A stretch of DNA of 64,000 nucleotides from Octopus bimaculoides. Its lineage: Eukaryota. Where the stretch lies: NCBI RefSeq assembly GCF_001194135.2, contig NC_068992.1:1860775-1924774 (forward strand), read 5' to 3'. A program made the position numbers and the translations under genes. The notes below the pieces were generated by a model that made no database searches, was not told where the DNA came from, and worked only from the letters and a program-made list of their open reading frames with translations. This document shows positions 39,499-51,880 of this stretch, piece by piece. Each line of letters opens with the position of its first letter. The first letter of the stretch is position 1.

Positions 39499-40295
39499 CT
39501 GGGTGTAATAAATATATTGTCGTTTAAATTACACAAAAATGAAAGTAGCACTGACATCTCATTTTAACAGATATATTTTTCCAATATTACATAAAAATAT
39601 CTTGAAATACTGAAGAGTGAATTTATTCAATAAAATCGCTATTGGCTTCAACCACGGTCTCCAGATGACTTAAGAATCTCCTACAACTCTTCTGGAGGGT
39701 CTCCTTGTTTAAGTTGGTGAATGCTGCCATAATCCTTGCCCTCAGTTCATCTTTGGTGTTACAAAGAGTTTTTTTTTATCTCTCACTCAACTGCGCCCTC
39801 ACATTATAATCAAGGGCGTTGCAGTCTGGAGAGTATGGTGGCCAGACGTTAGGGGGATGCAGTCGCAGAAATTGTCTGACAGCTATGACTGGGTTCTCCT
39901 GCTTGCGTGTCATGTTGCAGAGACCTGTTGTCAGACATACAGTCTTCCAGCCCCTTGACCCTCGACCCAGGGCAGCACTGCCTCCTCCAGGCACTTGATG
40001 TAGGACTCCGTGTTGAGTGTGAGGCCGTATGGGAAGGTGAATGGAGGCATAACGTCGCCATCACTAGTGTTCACTCGAAACACCATGATGTTGACTGGAT
40101 GTTTGATTTTATCACCCTTGATACATGTCCTCAGGTTGCCCTGTCCTCAGATTGACAATCAAACTCTCTGAATTATTCATTTTGGAGCTCCCGTCACCAA
40201 AGCCAAGTCATACGGTACGTCGTTTCCACATTTCCAGCAGAGTGAATTGCGTCTTGGTGTCGTTTTTCTCAAAGATGATGCTGAAATGCTGTCTT
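39499..40295 (-). mobile_element. Internally deleted DD37D/maT-type transposon (second subfamily)
   Basis: Minus strand: FTLLEMWKRRTV*LG...VNLRT (N-terminus), KIKHPVNIMVF...SDGDVMPPF, QQ...LSDNFCD...WPPYSPDCNALDY (37-residue D-D spacing by eye), CNTKDELRARIMAAFTNLNKET...VEANSDFIE*; TA|ctgggtg end at 39497-39505. Confidence 0.85.
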
Positions 40296-40299
40296 TAGT

Positions 40300-40420
40300 C
40301 GACCGGAGACTGTCGTTGAACACAGCTACCCAAGGAGCTACACAGTAGGACTGAACCTGGACCCATTTGGTAGAGAATCAAACTCCTAAACACTCTGTCA
40401 CAGCTGCGACTATGGAGATG
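40300..40420 (-). mobile_element. SINE family B, diverged 5' fragment abutting the transposon 5' end
   Basis: cccaaggagctacacagtaggactgaacctggaccc. Confidence 0.65.
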
Positions 40421-41002
40421 AAAATTTCACATCACTCACTGTTTGTATATTGTTTGACCGAACTTACTGTTGCGAAATAAAATTGGAATTCATAGTTGCA
40501 TAATGCAGCTGTTCATTGGTCTCACATGTCTTGTTATTGACTTTGCTGCTTTCGGAACAATCAACATGGTGGATTTACGTGCCAGATGAAATACTAGAAT
40601 TTAGAATAGAAGAGTCCAATTTTTGCTGATTAATTCGATAAAGTCTTCATACAGTTTTGCTCCGTAAAGCATGAAATTCTAATGTAATATTTTGTTTGCT
40701 CGAATCTTTTTTGACATTTGTAGATAAAGGGTGAGTTTGCAAACTATTTTTGCAATAATATATATAATTGAAACTTGAATGATAATCTAAAGAATACACA
40801 ATGCATTTCTTGTGTGTGACATGTTATTGTAAAACCACTTTCACTAAGGGCTTTGTATAGATATTTCACGTATAATTGACAAGTAGATATACTTCATAAT
40901 TTATTCCATACACAAATTCAAATCTAGTTTTTGAGTGTCACTGCGCCAGTATATTTGTGTGCGTGGATGTGTGTGTGTGCTGTGTGCTACAAAAAGAGAG
41001 TT

Positions 41003-41039
<37 letters not shown>

Positions 41040-41237
41040 NNNNNNNNNNNNNNNNNNNNNNNNNNNNNNNNNNNNNNNNNNNNNNNNNNNNNNNNNNNNN
41101 NNNNNNNNNNNNNNNNNNNNNNNNNNNNNNNNNNNNNNNNNNNNNNNNNNNNNNNNNNNNNNNNNNNNNNNNNNNNNNNNNNNNNNNNNNNNNNNNNNNN
41201 NNNNNNNNNNNNNNNNNNNNNNNNNNNNNNNNNNNNN

Positions 41238-41322
<85 letters not shown>

Positions 41323-41740
41323 AAGACAGAGAAAATAATAAAGCTTGTATTTAAGAAATAAAATTGTTTTGAAAATATTCTAGATGTAAAGCGCTAAATT
41401 TCGTATCTCGGATTATAATGAGCTTGGTCGATGATGGTGCTGCCCCGAGGTAGCATGGTCACTTTATTGTTGCTACCCAACCGTTGTCTGAAGGTATAGA
41501 CCTTTCACTATAACTCTTCCTCCTCGTAGATTAACCAACGTCCATCTGCCAACGTATTCATCGAAACCTTGACATGTGAGGCTGATGGGTTACTAGCACC
41601 TGCCCAAGGTGCCACCCCACCACTTACTCTCCCTTTTACAGTCTGCCATTTATGTAGATGCCGTACCTCACTATGTTACGTACCAATGTATCCATTACAC
41701 AAATGTACTTAATTCATATATCTTAGATGTGAAGGTGAAG

Positions 41741-41925
41741 GCGCGTGGCTCAATGGCTAGAGCATTCGGCTCACGATCGTGAGGTCGTGAGTTCAGTTTC
41801 CAGCGATGCGTTGTGTCCTTGAACAAGACACTTTATTTCACGTTGTTCCAGTCCACTCACCTGACAAAAATGAGTAGTACCTGTATTTCAAAGGGCCACC
41901 CTTATCACAATCTGTGTCACGCTGA
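41741..41925 (+). mobile_element. SINE family C (tRNA head plus CORE-like domain)
   Basis: A box TGGCTCAATGG, gagttcag B-box-like motif, then ttgtgtccttgaacaagacactttatttcac, similar to the CORE motif tgtgaccttgggcaagtcactt. Confidence 0.75.
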
Positions 41926-41969
41926 ATCACCCTGTGCTTGTCGGGAGACAAATAGTTGGTACATCACTA

Positions 41970-42440
41970 TTATATGAAAACCCATAGCTTTTTTTGCTGG
42001 GTATGATGGAAAAAATCAGCTATCCGCAGCTAGCAGACAAAGGTGTCACTTGTTTACTGGTCATGCTTCAAGAACCCTGCGAAGAATTCTTGCATTTCCA
42101 AGCAATGCTGATTTTTTAGGTGTTCTATCTCCACACTTGCACCCATCGCTATCAGCCATGTTGGTAGCTGAGTGCTGATGCTACCAAGTGCACCTATTAC
42201 TATTGTCATCACGTCTACTCTCTTCATTCACCACAACATTCGCTTTTCACTCTTCCAATCGTCATAGTTCTTTATTTTTTCTTCTTTCACATTGATCCTG
42301 TTGTCACCGGAGCATGCTGTATCGATTGTCATACATCTTTCATTTTTATTCACCACAACAATGTCCGGTTTCCGTTGCCTGGTCGGGTGGTCGCACTGGA
42401 TCGTTGCATCACACAGGATTCTGCAATACTCATTTTCGGT

Positions 42441-42445
<5 letters not shown>
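41970..42445 (-). mobile_element. R4/Dong-clade non-LTR retrotransposon, 5'-truncated 3' end (restriction-like endonuclease domain)
   Basis: VTENEYCRILCDATIQCDHPTRQRKPDIVVVNKNERCMTIDTACSGDNRINVKEEKIKNYDD...IVIGALG...KSALLGNARILRRVLEA* (stop 42061-63): PD..D..KxxKY RLE motif, one internal stop, one frameshift. Confidence 0.85.
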
Positions 42446-42496
<51 letters not shown>

Positions 42497-42543
42497 GTTG
42501 TTGTTGTTGATATTATTATTATTATTATTTTTATTATTATTAC

Positions 42544-42574
<31 letters not shown>

Positions 42575-42650
42575 ATTATTAATGTTGTCGTTGTTATTTT
42601 TGTTATCATTGTTATCATTATTGTTATTATCATTATCATTATTGTTGTTG
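42446..42650. repeat. (TAT)n/(TGT)n compound microsatellite
   Basis: Visible array at the 5' junction of the R4/Dong fragment. Confidence 0.95.
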
Positions 42651-42999
42651 TTACTATAGCAGACTCCCTTGGCTTACTTTCATAAGCTTGTCGTTATAAA
42701 TATTTTAATTATTACAATCACCCTTAATTGACCCTCTTAAAATATGCATGCAAATTTTTTACTATTCCATTGTCTTCTTTTGTATTCTCTCACACTCCAG
42801 TTCGTAACACATTGCGCTATACATTCTGTTGCTTCTCCCTGGTCTACCCAATGCCTTCTATTCAAGCCTGCTGTACAATCCTTTATTTTCTTTTTATTGA
42901 GAATTTTTTATTTATAAATATGTTTTCTGCAGAAAATTTATTTGTAATATTTAAAAGCAATTATTTCTTGCATTAGAAACTCAAATCAACGAGAGTTGC

Positions 43000-44620
43000 T
43001 GCCAAGTAACCACATGGGAATTCTACTTTATCCGAAATTCAAAAGTACCCAGATTATAGCTATTTTCATATTTCAATCAGTTTTTCTATGACTTATGGAA
43101 GAATTCTACGAATCTATCTGCTGTCAACTGCATGGTTGCCAATTTTCACATATTTGCTCCTTGAAATCCCTAAAGTAACTTTAACTCCATTTATTATATT
43201 CTATGCATCATGGTGCAACAGAATATATATTTCCACTGGGACAGTGAATCCTGCATTTCTTAACCATTTCCTTAAATATTTACTCACCACACAGATCAGG
43301 TATTTTCTTTCAAAATTACATTTTCTCTTTTTTCTTCCTTATGAAATTATTTTCTTTGTCCAAGACGAACACAATAGGAGTATTAGGCATTCTCATTTCT
43401 GGAAAATGTTAGAATACCATTTTCGAAGATATCTATCGATAATTCTTATACTTTTATCTTAAAGAATCTGGCGATTTTATCTGGTATGTTTGAAAGGAAT
43501 TGTCCAGAGATTAACCTTAATTTCATCCCAGTAAGTATTGTATATGTAATAGTGGTAAATAAATTTGACTCTCCAGATATTCTCACCTTAGACACAGTAT
43601 CACTGTAACATTTTGTTTTATTTTTTCCTTTGATGTTCTTGAAATGTTGCTGGCAAAGTACCTATATGTCCTTACATGAGATCTCACATCAAAAGCAACA
43701 TTAATCAGTTGATCAGTATGTCTAGAATGTTGTTCAACTCTGAGAGATGTACCGATTGATATCTCATATAATCCAAAGCATTCACCTCAGTTTGAACAAG
43801 TCTATTGTATTCTACTTTTACTGATGTTTCAGTAAACTTGTTGAAACATATCAATATTGGTACAACAATTGTTATTGAGTTCAGGATTAATTTTCAATAT
43901 TGGTTCCTGTCTTCGTAGGAATAAATTGATATACAAGTCATTGGGTTATCATTAGTGCTAAGTATGTGGGTTTTCTGATTTCGTAGCAGAACATGAAAGC
44001 CACATGCAGACGCTGTCTCCATAAGTTTTTCTATAGAATTTGCATCTTCTTGAATTGTTAGAAAGTTATAACTTCTTCGGTCATTTTATCGTTTTCTTTT
44101 CAATGCCATATATAATATTGTTGCTGGAATATTATACTCGACTCCTTGTTGATAGTTATTACAGCTTTTCCTGGCATATCTTTGCTGTCGTGAATTAACC
44201 TAATAAAGCCTGGAAGATGCAGCGTTCAATACTTTCCTGCTCAAGTCTAATATCAGGGCCCTTTTCGCTCCAAATACATACAAGCAAAAGTGGGCAAAAT
44301 GTCGAGTTTTTCTCCCAGTAAGATACTAATTGCCGGTACGATGTATAAATTTAACCATGAACTAGAAGATAACATAGCCCAAAAATCTGAGTATAAAATA
44401 CGTGAGGTAATCGTGCTAGTAAGAAAATTACGGAGTAACAAAATCTGATGTCATTGAAGACATTGTTATCAGACTTCCTTGTCTTGTTCATTCAATTACA
44501 AACACAAGATAGTATTTCTCTTTAGTCAGGCAATATTATGTTGTCTTTCTGACAGCAGTTATTGAATTTATCATCGAAGTGGTGCACTGATAAAAGTTGT
44601 TTGACAGTGTGATATTGTAA
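43000..44620 (-). mobile_element. Heavily decayed Penelope-like element (RT plus GIY-YIG region)
   Basis: Minus-strand fragments in PLE order: YQQGVEYNIPATILYM (~44100-44155), IRKPT (~43965-43985), SNIPDKIARFFK (~43460-43500), RIHCPSGNIY (~43225-43255). No intact YxDD seen. Confidence 0.5.
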
Positions 44621-44999
44621 TCCCATAGAAATGACAAAGCATATCTTCTTAAAACCTATCGTTCAATCTATTACATCAACTTTTGCATTTCTATTTTCAT
44701 TAATATTTGCATTTCTTTGTCTTCTGCGAATAAGATGCTCTTCATATTTTACTACAGAACACACATATACAGGAACACGAACACACAAATATGTATGTAT
44801 ATATGTATGCCTGTTTCAATTTATGTTTATATGTGTGTATGTATATATGAAAGTACGTATGAATGTATGCATGTACGCTTGTATGTATGCATGTCTGTAT
44901 GCATGTGTCATTGTATGTATGTATCTTTCTCAAGACTTCATCACGTTTTGTGCTCTCTGAATATTTACTTTCAACCGTAAACTTATGTTTCTTCTTTCA

Positions 45000-45990
45000 T
45001 TTCGAACCCTTCTTTTTCTATTTCACCAGTTCTTCTTCTTTTATTCTTTCTGCGACGTTACTTGCCTTTGTTCCGTAAAGTCTTTATTCTGGACATTTTA
45101 GTGAACTTCTCAGTCATTTTCTTTCTTTAGAATTAATCTATTCTCCATTGTCTGCTGTTGATCAGAATCGTGATCTGTTTCTGTGACTGGCAGTCGTTTG
45201 TTGCATATTTGAAAAGTCGCATTAATACTTCGTATTATTTTCTAAGGATCTTGCAGGATTCTCCCTGTGTAACAGACGATTCTCACGCCAGTTTCCGCTT
45301 TCTTTCACTGAAACATTCCATTCTTCTAAACGATTAAGATGGATGAAATAGGAATATCCTAAAAATTTTGTCAATTTTCTTACCATTAAAATAACGAAAG
45401 TATCAATTCTTTTGTATACAACGGTACCGTGTTAAAAACTTTTTACCATTTTCTTGGACTTTTTATCAGCTTCTCATTTTCTCATCTTCAAATTCAAACT
45501 TGTCAAACATTTTCCTCTCATTCTCAGATTTTAACATCTATATTCCTTCTTTATTTCACAGTACGATGCCTGAAAAAATACTTTTCCACTCCTACTAGCT
45601 TATATTAATGCATTTGAAAACCTATAAAAGATACGTCCTCCATATCTTTGCCACCTCATAGATTTCACCAACAGATTTATTCCCGAACCACGCGCTCAAA
45701 TTCTGGTATATAGGCCTTCAAAGAACCCATCTAACATTCACACACAGAAAAACATCTCCCCACCAATACCGTCATATTCCCACACTTGCATATATTACTA
45801 AACACAGATGCAGGACACCATTCTTTCTTACGTACGATTATAGACGCATACACACTTCTACTTATCGAGTGAATACCACTTACCTCAACCTAGAACTATC
45901 CATCACTTTGGTTTCTAACTTTTCACCATCCTTCTCCATCTTTTTCTCTTCATAGAATTCTCTATTTCTCTCATTGATTTCCCAATGATT
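45000..45990 (-). mobile_element. Possible decayed L1/Tx1-type AP endonuclease remnant
   Basis: Minus-strand fragments WGDVFLCVNVRW (cf. GGDFNCV) and KRIDTFVI (cf. SRIDRF); many stops. Confidence 0.3.
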
Positions 45991-46099
45991 CTCTTTTTCA
46001 TATCTTAGTGTGTGATGACGGACTAACATCCGAAATGTGAAGCCACCACATCATTTCATATCTGAAGTGTTGACTTGACAGAATATTTCTTAATTTTCC

Positions 46100-46230
46100 G
46101 TCCAGGTCAACATTGCCTTTCCTCTTTACGGGGTCGATAAATTAAGTACCAGTTGCGTACTGGGGTCGATCTAATCGACTGCCCCTTCCCAAAAATGTTC
46201 GGGCTTTGTGCCTAGAGTAGAAGAGAATAT
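46100..46230 (+). mobile_element. SINE family A, 3' half (young variant tail cgggctttgtgcctagagtagaagagaat)
   Basis: ggggtcgataaattaagtaccagttgcgtactggggtcgatctaatcgact. Confidence 0.9.
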
Positions 46231-46851
46231 TTCTTAATTTTTCTTATATTCTCTTCAAGTGTTCTTTTTTTTTTTTTTTTNNNNNNNNNNNNNNNNNNNN
46301 NNNNNNNNNNNNNNNNNNNNNNNNNNNNNNNNNNNNNNNNNNNNNNNNNNNNNNNNNNNNNNNNNNNNNNNNNNNNNNNNNNNNNNNNNNNNNNNNNNNN
46401 NNNNNNNNNNNNNNNNNNNNNNNNNNNNNNNNNNNNNNNNNNNNNNNNNNNNNNNNNNNNNNNNNNNNNNNNNNNNNNNNNNNNNNNNNNNNNNNNNNNN
46501 NNNNNNNNNNNNNNNNNNNNNNNNNNNNNNNNNNNNNNNNNNNNNNNNNNNNNNNNNNNNNNNNNNNNNNNNNNNNNNNNNNNNNNNNNNNNNNNNNNNN
46601 NNNNNNNNNNNNNNNNNNNNNNNNNNNNNNNNNNNNNNNNNNNNNNNNNNNNNNNNNNNNNNNNNNNNNNNNNNNNNNNNNNNNNNNNNNNNNNNNNNNN
46701 NNNNNNNNNNNNNNNNNNNNNNNNNNNNNNNNNNNNNNNNNNNNNNNNNNNNNNNNNNNNNNNNNNNNNNNNNNNNNNNNNNNNNNNNNNNNNNNNNNNN
46801 NNNNNNNNNNNNNNNNNNNNNNNNNNNNNNNNNNNNNNNNNNNNNNNNNNN

Positions 46852-46897
<46 letters not shown>

Positions 46898-46936
46898 GAC
46901 GAATATGCATGACTGCTGTGTCAAATGACTAAATAT

Positions 46937-47070
46937 ATACGACGGGCTTCTTTCAGTTTCCGCCTACCATATCTACTCACAAGTCTCTTTGTCGGCGTGA
47001 ATCTATAGTAGATGTCACTTTCCCAAGGCGGCACGTAGTAGGACTGAACCCGGAACAATGTTGCAATACA
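46937..47070 (-). mobile_element. SINE family B, 5' half
   Basis: acgacgggcttctttcagtttccg...cccaaggcggcacgtagtaggactgaacccggaac. Confidence 0.85.
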
Positions 47071-47888
47071 AATTCACTCGTATATATACACACATACTTA
47101 TACGGAAATGCATCTGCATATATTGGGTATAGAGAATGTATGAACTAGCACTTTGCTAATAATTCATTTACAAAGTTAAGCAATTAACGTTCAGACATTT
47201 GATTGTAGATGTTCGCCCGGCCTATATGACAAAAATGATTGTCTTTTAAAAGTCTCGTATGAAATTATTTGTAATTACATACTATTTCCTGCATTGTATT
47301 TAGAAATATATTGGCGGGTACGTGTGAAAAAAAGAGAGAGAAATTGGATGTACGTATGTAAACATGTACAAACATGTATATGTATATGTAGAGAAGTATC
47401 AGTCAATCTCCAGAACAATTAACAAAATTTTCAGTTACCATTTATAGAATATTACGTAACATAACATACAGAATGGGAATTAATTTCATATTACAATGTG
47501 TTTCTAGATTTGCTCTAAAACAATTTTAGTGTTGTAACAAAAAAAGGAGAGCAGACGAACCTAACAACTAAATGGTAACGTTGTTCAGCTCTGTTATAAT
47601 TCACTGCCGATTCCGCCGGAACCGTGGATGTATCTTCTGAAACAATAAGTTTATAGAACTAAATATAAATTAATGTTAATATATTTAATGTATGCAGATT
47701 GAAATAGTAAGCAAAAATAAATATGAAGGGAGGGCGGAAATGATATTAGTCATCGAAATGATATTAGTATTGATTCTCTTTTATAAATTTCATTTAAAAA
47801 TGCCGTTCTTATTTACAATTTGCCAAGCCACAACCTTACTCTATCTCTTTCTATCTCTATCTCTCTCTCTCAAAATACATACATGCAC

Positions 47889-47930
<42 letters not shown>

Positions 47931-48097
47931 CAAAAGATATGATGTGTGGCGTTGAGTTATTCCATAAATGAAAAATGCATTAATACTACAAAATGTACAC
48001 GAAGGGCAAGCAGGAGGATCCTAATGCTTCATCAGTTGTCGGACAATGATGAATCTCATATATATAAACATATATATAGGCACTCCACAATGTATAT

Positions 48098-48340
48098 ACA
48101 CAGGAGGGCTACACAAAAGCATTCCCTGATTTCACAATGTCATGATATTTAAACTGATTATACTTTATTGATAAACATGTGAAGTGATTCTCTAACCACA
48201 GTTATTTTAATTTTTCAGGTGATTAGACATCTTTGACCTTAAAACACCAGGCGAGCAAGAAAATCTGAAAATGGCCGCCACCCCACAGCAACGCAGCTCG
48301 TGTGTACTGGAATTTGCAAGATCAAACAGTATTGTGGTCA
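48098..48340 (+). mobile_element. Mariner-like transposon 5' fragment (DUF4817-type HTH start)
   Basis: ATG at 48271: MAATPQQRSSCVLEFARSNSIVV, resembling MATPQxKxxCVLxFAxxxSxxxVQR; runs into (AAT)n. Confidence 0.6.
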
Positions 48341-48400
48341 TAATAATAATAATAATAACAATTATAATAATAATAATAATAATAATAATAGTATAAAAAA

Positions 48401-48441
48401 ATGATGAAGGCTGGAGGGTATATCAGCCGAAACGTTGTGTT
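48401..48441 (+). ncRNA. Minimal hammerhead motif, second copy of the family D tail (5'-truncated)
   Basis: aUGAUGA a ggcug gaggguauau cagcc GAAA cgU U guguu; stem II perfect; C3 and the stem I 5' strand are replaced by poly-A. Confidence 0.65.
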
Positions 48442-48615
48442 AATGCAACAACAGCCTGTAAACATCTCCTTATATGCATGTTTCTAAGTATTGCATATAA
48501 TGCTAAGTGAACACTATTGAACGTTTGTATCCATGACAGTGCAGCTACATACAGATGGGTTATTCGTCAAAGTATTTTTAAGGCAAGCAACACATGTGTG
48601 TGTGTATGTGTGTGT

Positions 48616-48657
<42 letters not shown>

Positions 48658-49460
48658 GTATGTGCGTGTGTGTGTGTGTGTGTATGTGCGTGCCTGCGTG
48701 TGTATGCGCGCGTACGTGCGTGTGTGTGTGCGAGCGTGTATGTGTTTGTAGGAAGGGGGTTTAATTCTGGAATTGAATTTGCCCGTTGAATGCCAGGATG
48801 CGAATTAAATTCATTGAAATATATTGGAATTCGGTGTGTGAACGAGCAGATAAGCGAAACATTTAACATCGACAAGTTATCTGAAGTTAGAAATGCAAGA
48901 TTTATGTAAATGCCTCGTAACCTTACTGACATATATTTTCTGCAGTGCAAAGTTATTGTCACGTGCTCTCATAGACAAAATGAGATGCTTCAGTCAGGAG
49001 TGAGAGAAACTTGAAAGAACATAAATACTGCGATGAATATTTGATAGTAATTAATGGTTTTATGTGTAAAATTAGCACATTTATACATTCACCTACATAT
49101 ACACCCACATGTGATATGCATAATCGATGTGTATATATTTATATATGTACGCATGTGTTTATGTTTGTGTATGTATATATGTGTTTATGTTTGTGTGTGT
49201 ATATATGCTTGTGGTTATGTATGTGTGTATGTATGTGTGTATGTATGTACATATGTATGTATGCATGTATGCATGTATGTATGTACATATGAATCTATGT
49301 ATGTGTGTATGTGAATATATTGTGTGCTCATGTCCTGATATAACTGCATGTTGGGATGTATGTGTATGTGAATCTATCTATATCTTTATGGAATGTATGT
49401 GTGTAAGCGCGTGTCTGTGTATAAGTGTGTCTGTGTGTCTGTGTGTATGTGTGTGTGTAT

Positions 49461-49492
<32 letters not shown>

Positions 49493-50549
49493 TTGTGTGT
49501 GTGTGTGCGTGTGTGTAATATATGTATTACTTAAACTTGAATTTTTCAAAACTGTTCATGTTCTTTTGTGAATATTGACGAGAGTATAAACCGAAAACGT
49601 CTTCCGGCCATTCACACGAGAGATTTGGAAATAAGACCCACCGGCTAAGGAAACTCTCCTCGGAACTAACCTTCCTTTACTTGAAGCTGTAACCTATGCT
49701 ACCTTTACACTTGTTCTGCTAGAAATAGCAGTCCTATTCTGCTTCAAATTCATATTCCATGTTCTTGAAATGTATAGTCTATGGAATGCTGTTCAGTTCA
49801 TGGAATGATTTAGGAAGGCGTTGTTAGTTGAAGTTCCAGGATTTCATTAAGTAGAAAGCTCATAAATATTTGCTCACTCGGAGATGAGCTGGCGCGAAAC
49901 TAGGGCACAACAATCAGTTCAGTAAGCCCAAAGTCCTCATTTGTAATCAGACCTAGCGATGCGGAGAAGAGCTGATGTTTTCAATGCCTTGTACAGTGTA
50001 AATACGGCTATAGATGCACTTGTCAATAAACGAGAAATTTAGGCAGTTGTAAACGGGATGCACTCACCATCTCTTTACAACGTCAATTCGTGACACAAAA
50101 GGTAAATAATGGCTGCTTCTAATATAACAATCTGTCTTTTAATACGACTCTGCTAGAAAGGATAGTTACATAGGTAACCCGTAACCGTGCAGAGAACAAG
50201 ATATCATCGCGATCAGGTTGTTCTGGATTCAGTACAACGACTCAGGCGTTTCTCTTCTAAGATTTAACCAACATAAGGATACAATAATTTACAAAGACGA
50301 AATTCACCCAAGAGAATGCCTGAAGTGAGAAATAACCGAATATGTTACAAAGGCAGAAGACAAAATCAAAACGTAATTTAAATATATAGTTCCGAAGTAA
50401 AAGAAAAGAGGATTTGACACAAGAGAAATTAGTTCCAGTTAGGCAAAAGAGAAGCTGAAATATTTCAGCTTCAAAGTAAACTTACAATGTTTGATTTTAC
50501 ATGACTATTCCTAATATCTAGCTACAAACAATAATAACAATTCTTTCTA

Positions 50550-50720
50550 TTATAGGTACAAGGCCTGAAATTTATGGCGAGGGGGTTGGTCGATTTTGTC
50601 GACCCCAGTACTAGACTTGTACTTATGTTATCGACCACGATTAACTGAAAGGTTAAGTCGGATTCGGCAGAAACTAAAGGGAGAGAAATGCCGCGAAGTA
50701 TTTTGTCCAGCGATTCTCCC
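50550..50720 (-). mobile_element. SINE family A copy
   Basis: acaaggcctgaaattt...gtcgaccccagtact...ttatcgacc. Confidence 0.75.
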
Positions 50721-51724
50721 GTTTAAACTGACCCTTAATTTAAAAGCGTATAAAACAAATACTTGCTACAAATTGTGATTTGTGTATGATCTGTATCCAA
50801 GAATGAAACAGCTGTTGCTGCTGTTGCCACTCATTATTACTGCGGTCGTCGTCGTGGTGGCTGTGGTGGTAGTTTGGTGGTGGTGAGGACGCAGGTGATT
50901 GTAGTAATGGTGGCCGTGGTGTCAGTGGTGGTGGTGGTGCCAGTGGTGGTCGTCGTGGTGTCAGTGGTGGTGGTACCTGTGGTAGTGGTACCAGTGGTGG
51001 TGGTGGTGCTGGTGCTGGTTATAATGATAATATTGATGAATATGATTCTATGACGACAACGGTGACATCGACGACGTCCACCATTTCAAGAACGTGGAAA
51101 TCAGGTTTAGCTAACAAAACAAAACAAAACTTCCAGCAGCGCATATCAATTATTGATATTGCAAGTTCCAATGAGGAAAATATTCCTGAAAAACACGAAG
51201 ACAGATTGAAGATAGAAACATTAAGATGAAAGGAGAAAATGATGTGATTAAATATTTGTTTAATGGGATTGGTTCTGGAGGCGAAGAAATGGTTATATCT
51301 ATTAGATGGAACCAAAGAAAGCAACAGAGGAACTATGAGAGCAGATGTAGGCAACTATGGTGTGAGTAAAGTGAAACAATATTCGGTAATTAAATGTAAT
51401 TAATTAACACAACTGGAACGGCAATCTACGATTTCGCCCGATTATGAACAACTTATAATAAATATATCAAATACTTCAGTCCTTAGAATACATAATGCGG
51501 TGAAGTGGTGGAATAATCTAGAATTATTCGTTATTGCTATTTTTACATTATGGTCTCTGAATGAGGTAAAAGCAAAATCACTTCGGGGTGGGGTGGAATT
51601 GAAAGGATTTTAAGCTAAAACCCGAAAGTATTCGTGCGTACTTTAGTAATTCTTCTGTCCATCAGTCAAAAGAAATATTAAATATTTCAATTTAGTTGAC
51701 AAGACATGGACATAGTTTTGAATG

Positions 51725-51880
51725 ACGGCAAAAATACGGCGACGGGGATCTTTCAGTTTCTATCTACCAAATCCACTCAGCCCGGGGTTTGCTCAGCCCG
51801 GGGTTGTATCAGAATGTGTCACGTTGTGGGACTGAACCCAGAGCCATGCGGTTAGGAAGCGGACCTCTTACCACACTTTC
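51725..51880 (-). mobile_element. SINE family B, 5' half with internal 16-bp tandem duplication
   Basis: tttcagtttctatctaccaaatccactcagcccggggtttgctcagcccgggg...gggactgaaccc. Confidence 0.8.

Noticed and set aside
41741-41815. tRNA gene-like sequence (also 28505-28574 on the minus strand)
   Set aside because: A/B boxes are present but there is no acceptor-stem complement, and the sequence continues into a SINE body; these are SINE heads.
49575-49601. ttgacga-gagtataaacc-gaaaacgtc hammerhead-like string
   Set aside because: C3 mutated, extra A in GAAA, bulged stem II and no stem I; too degenerate to separate from chance.
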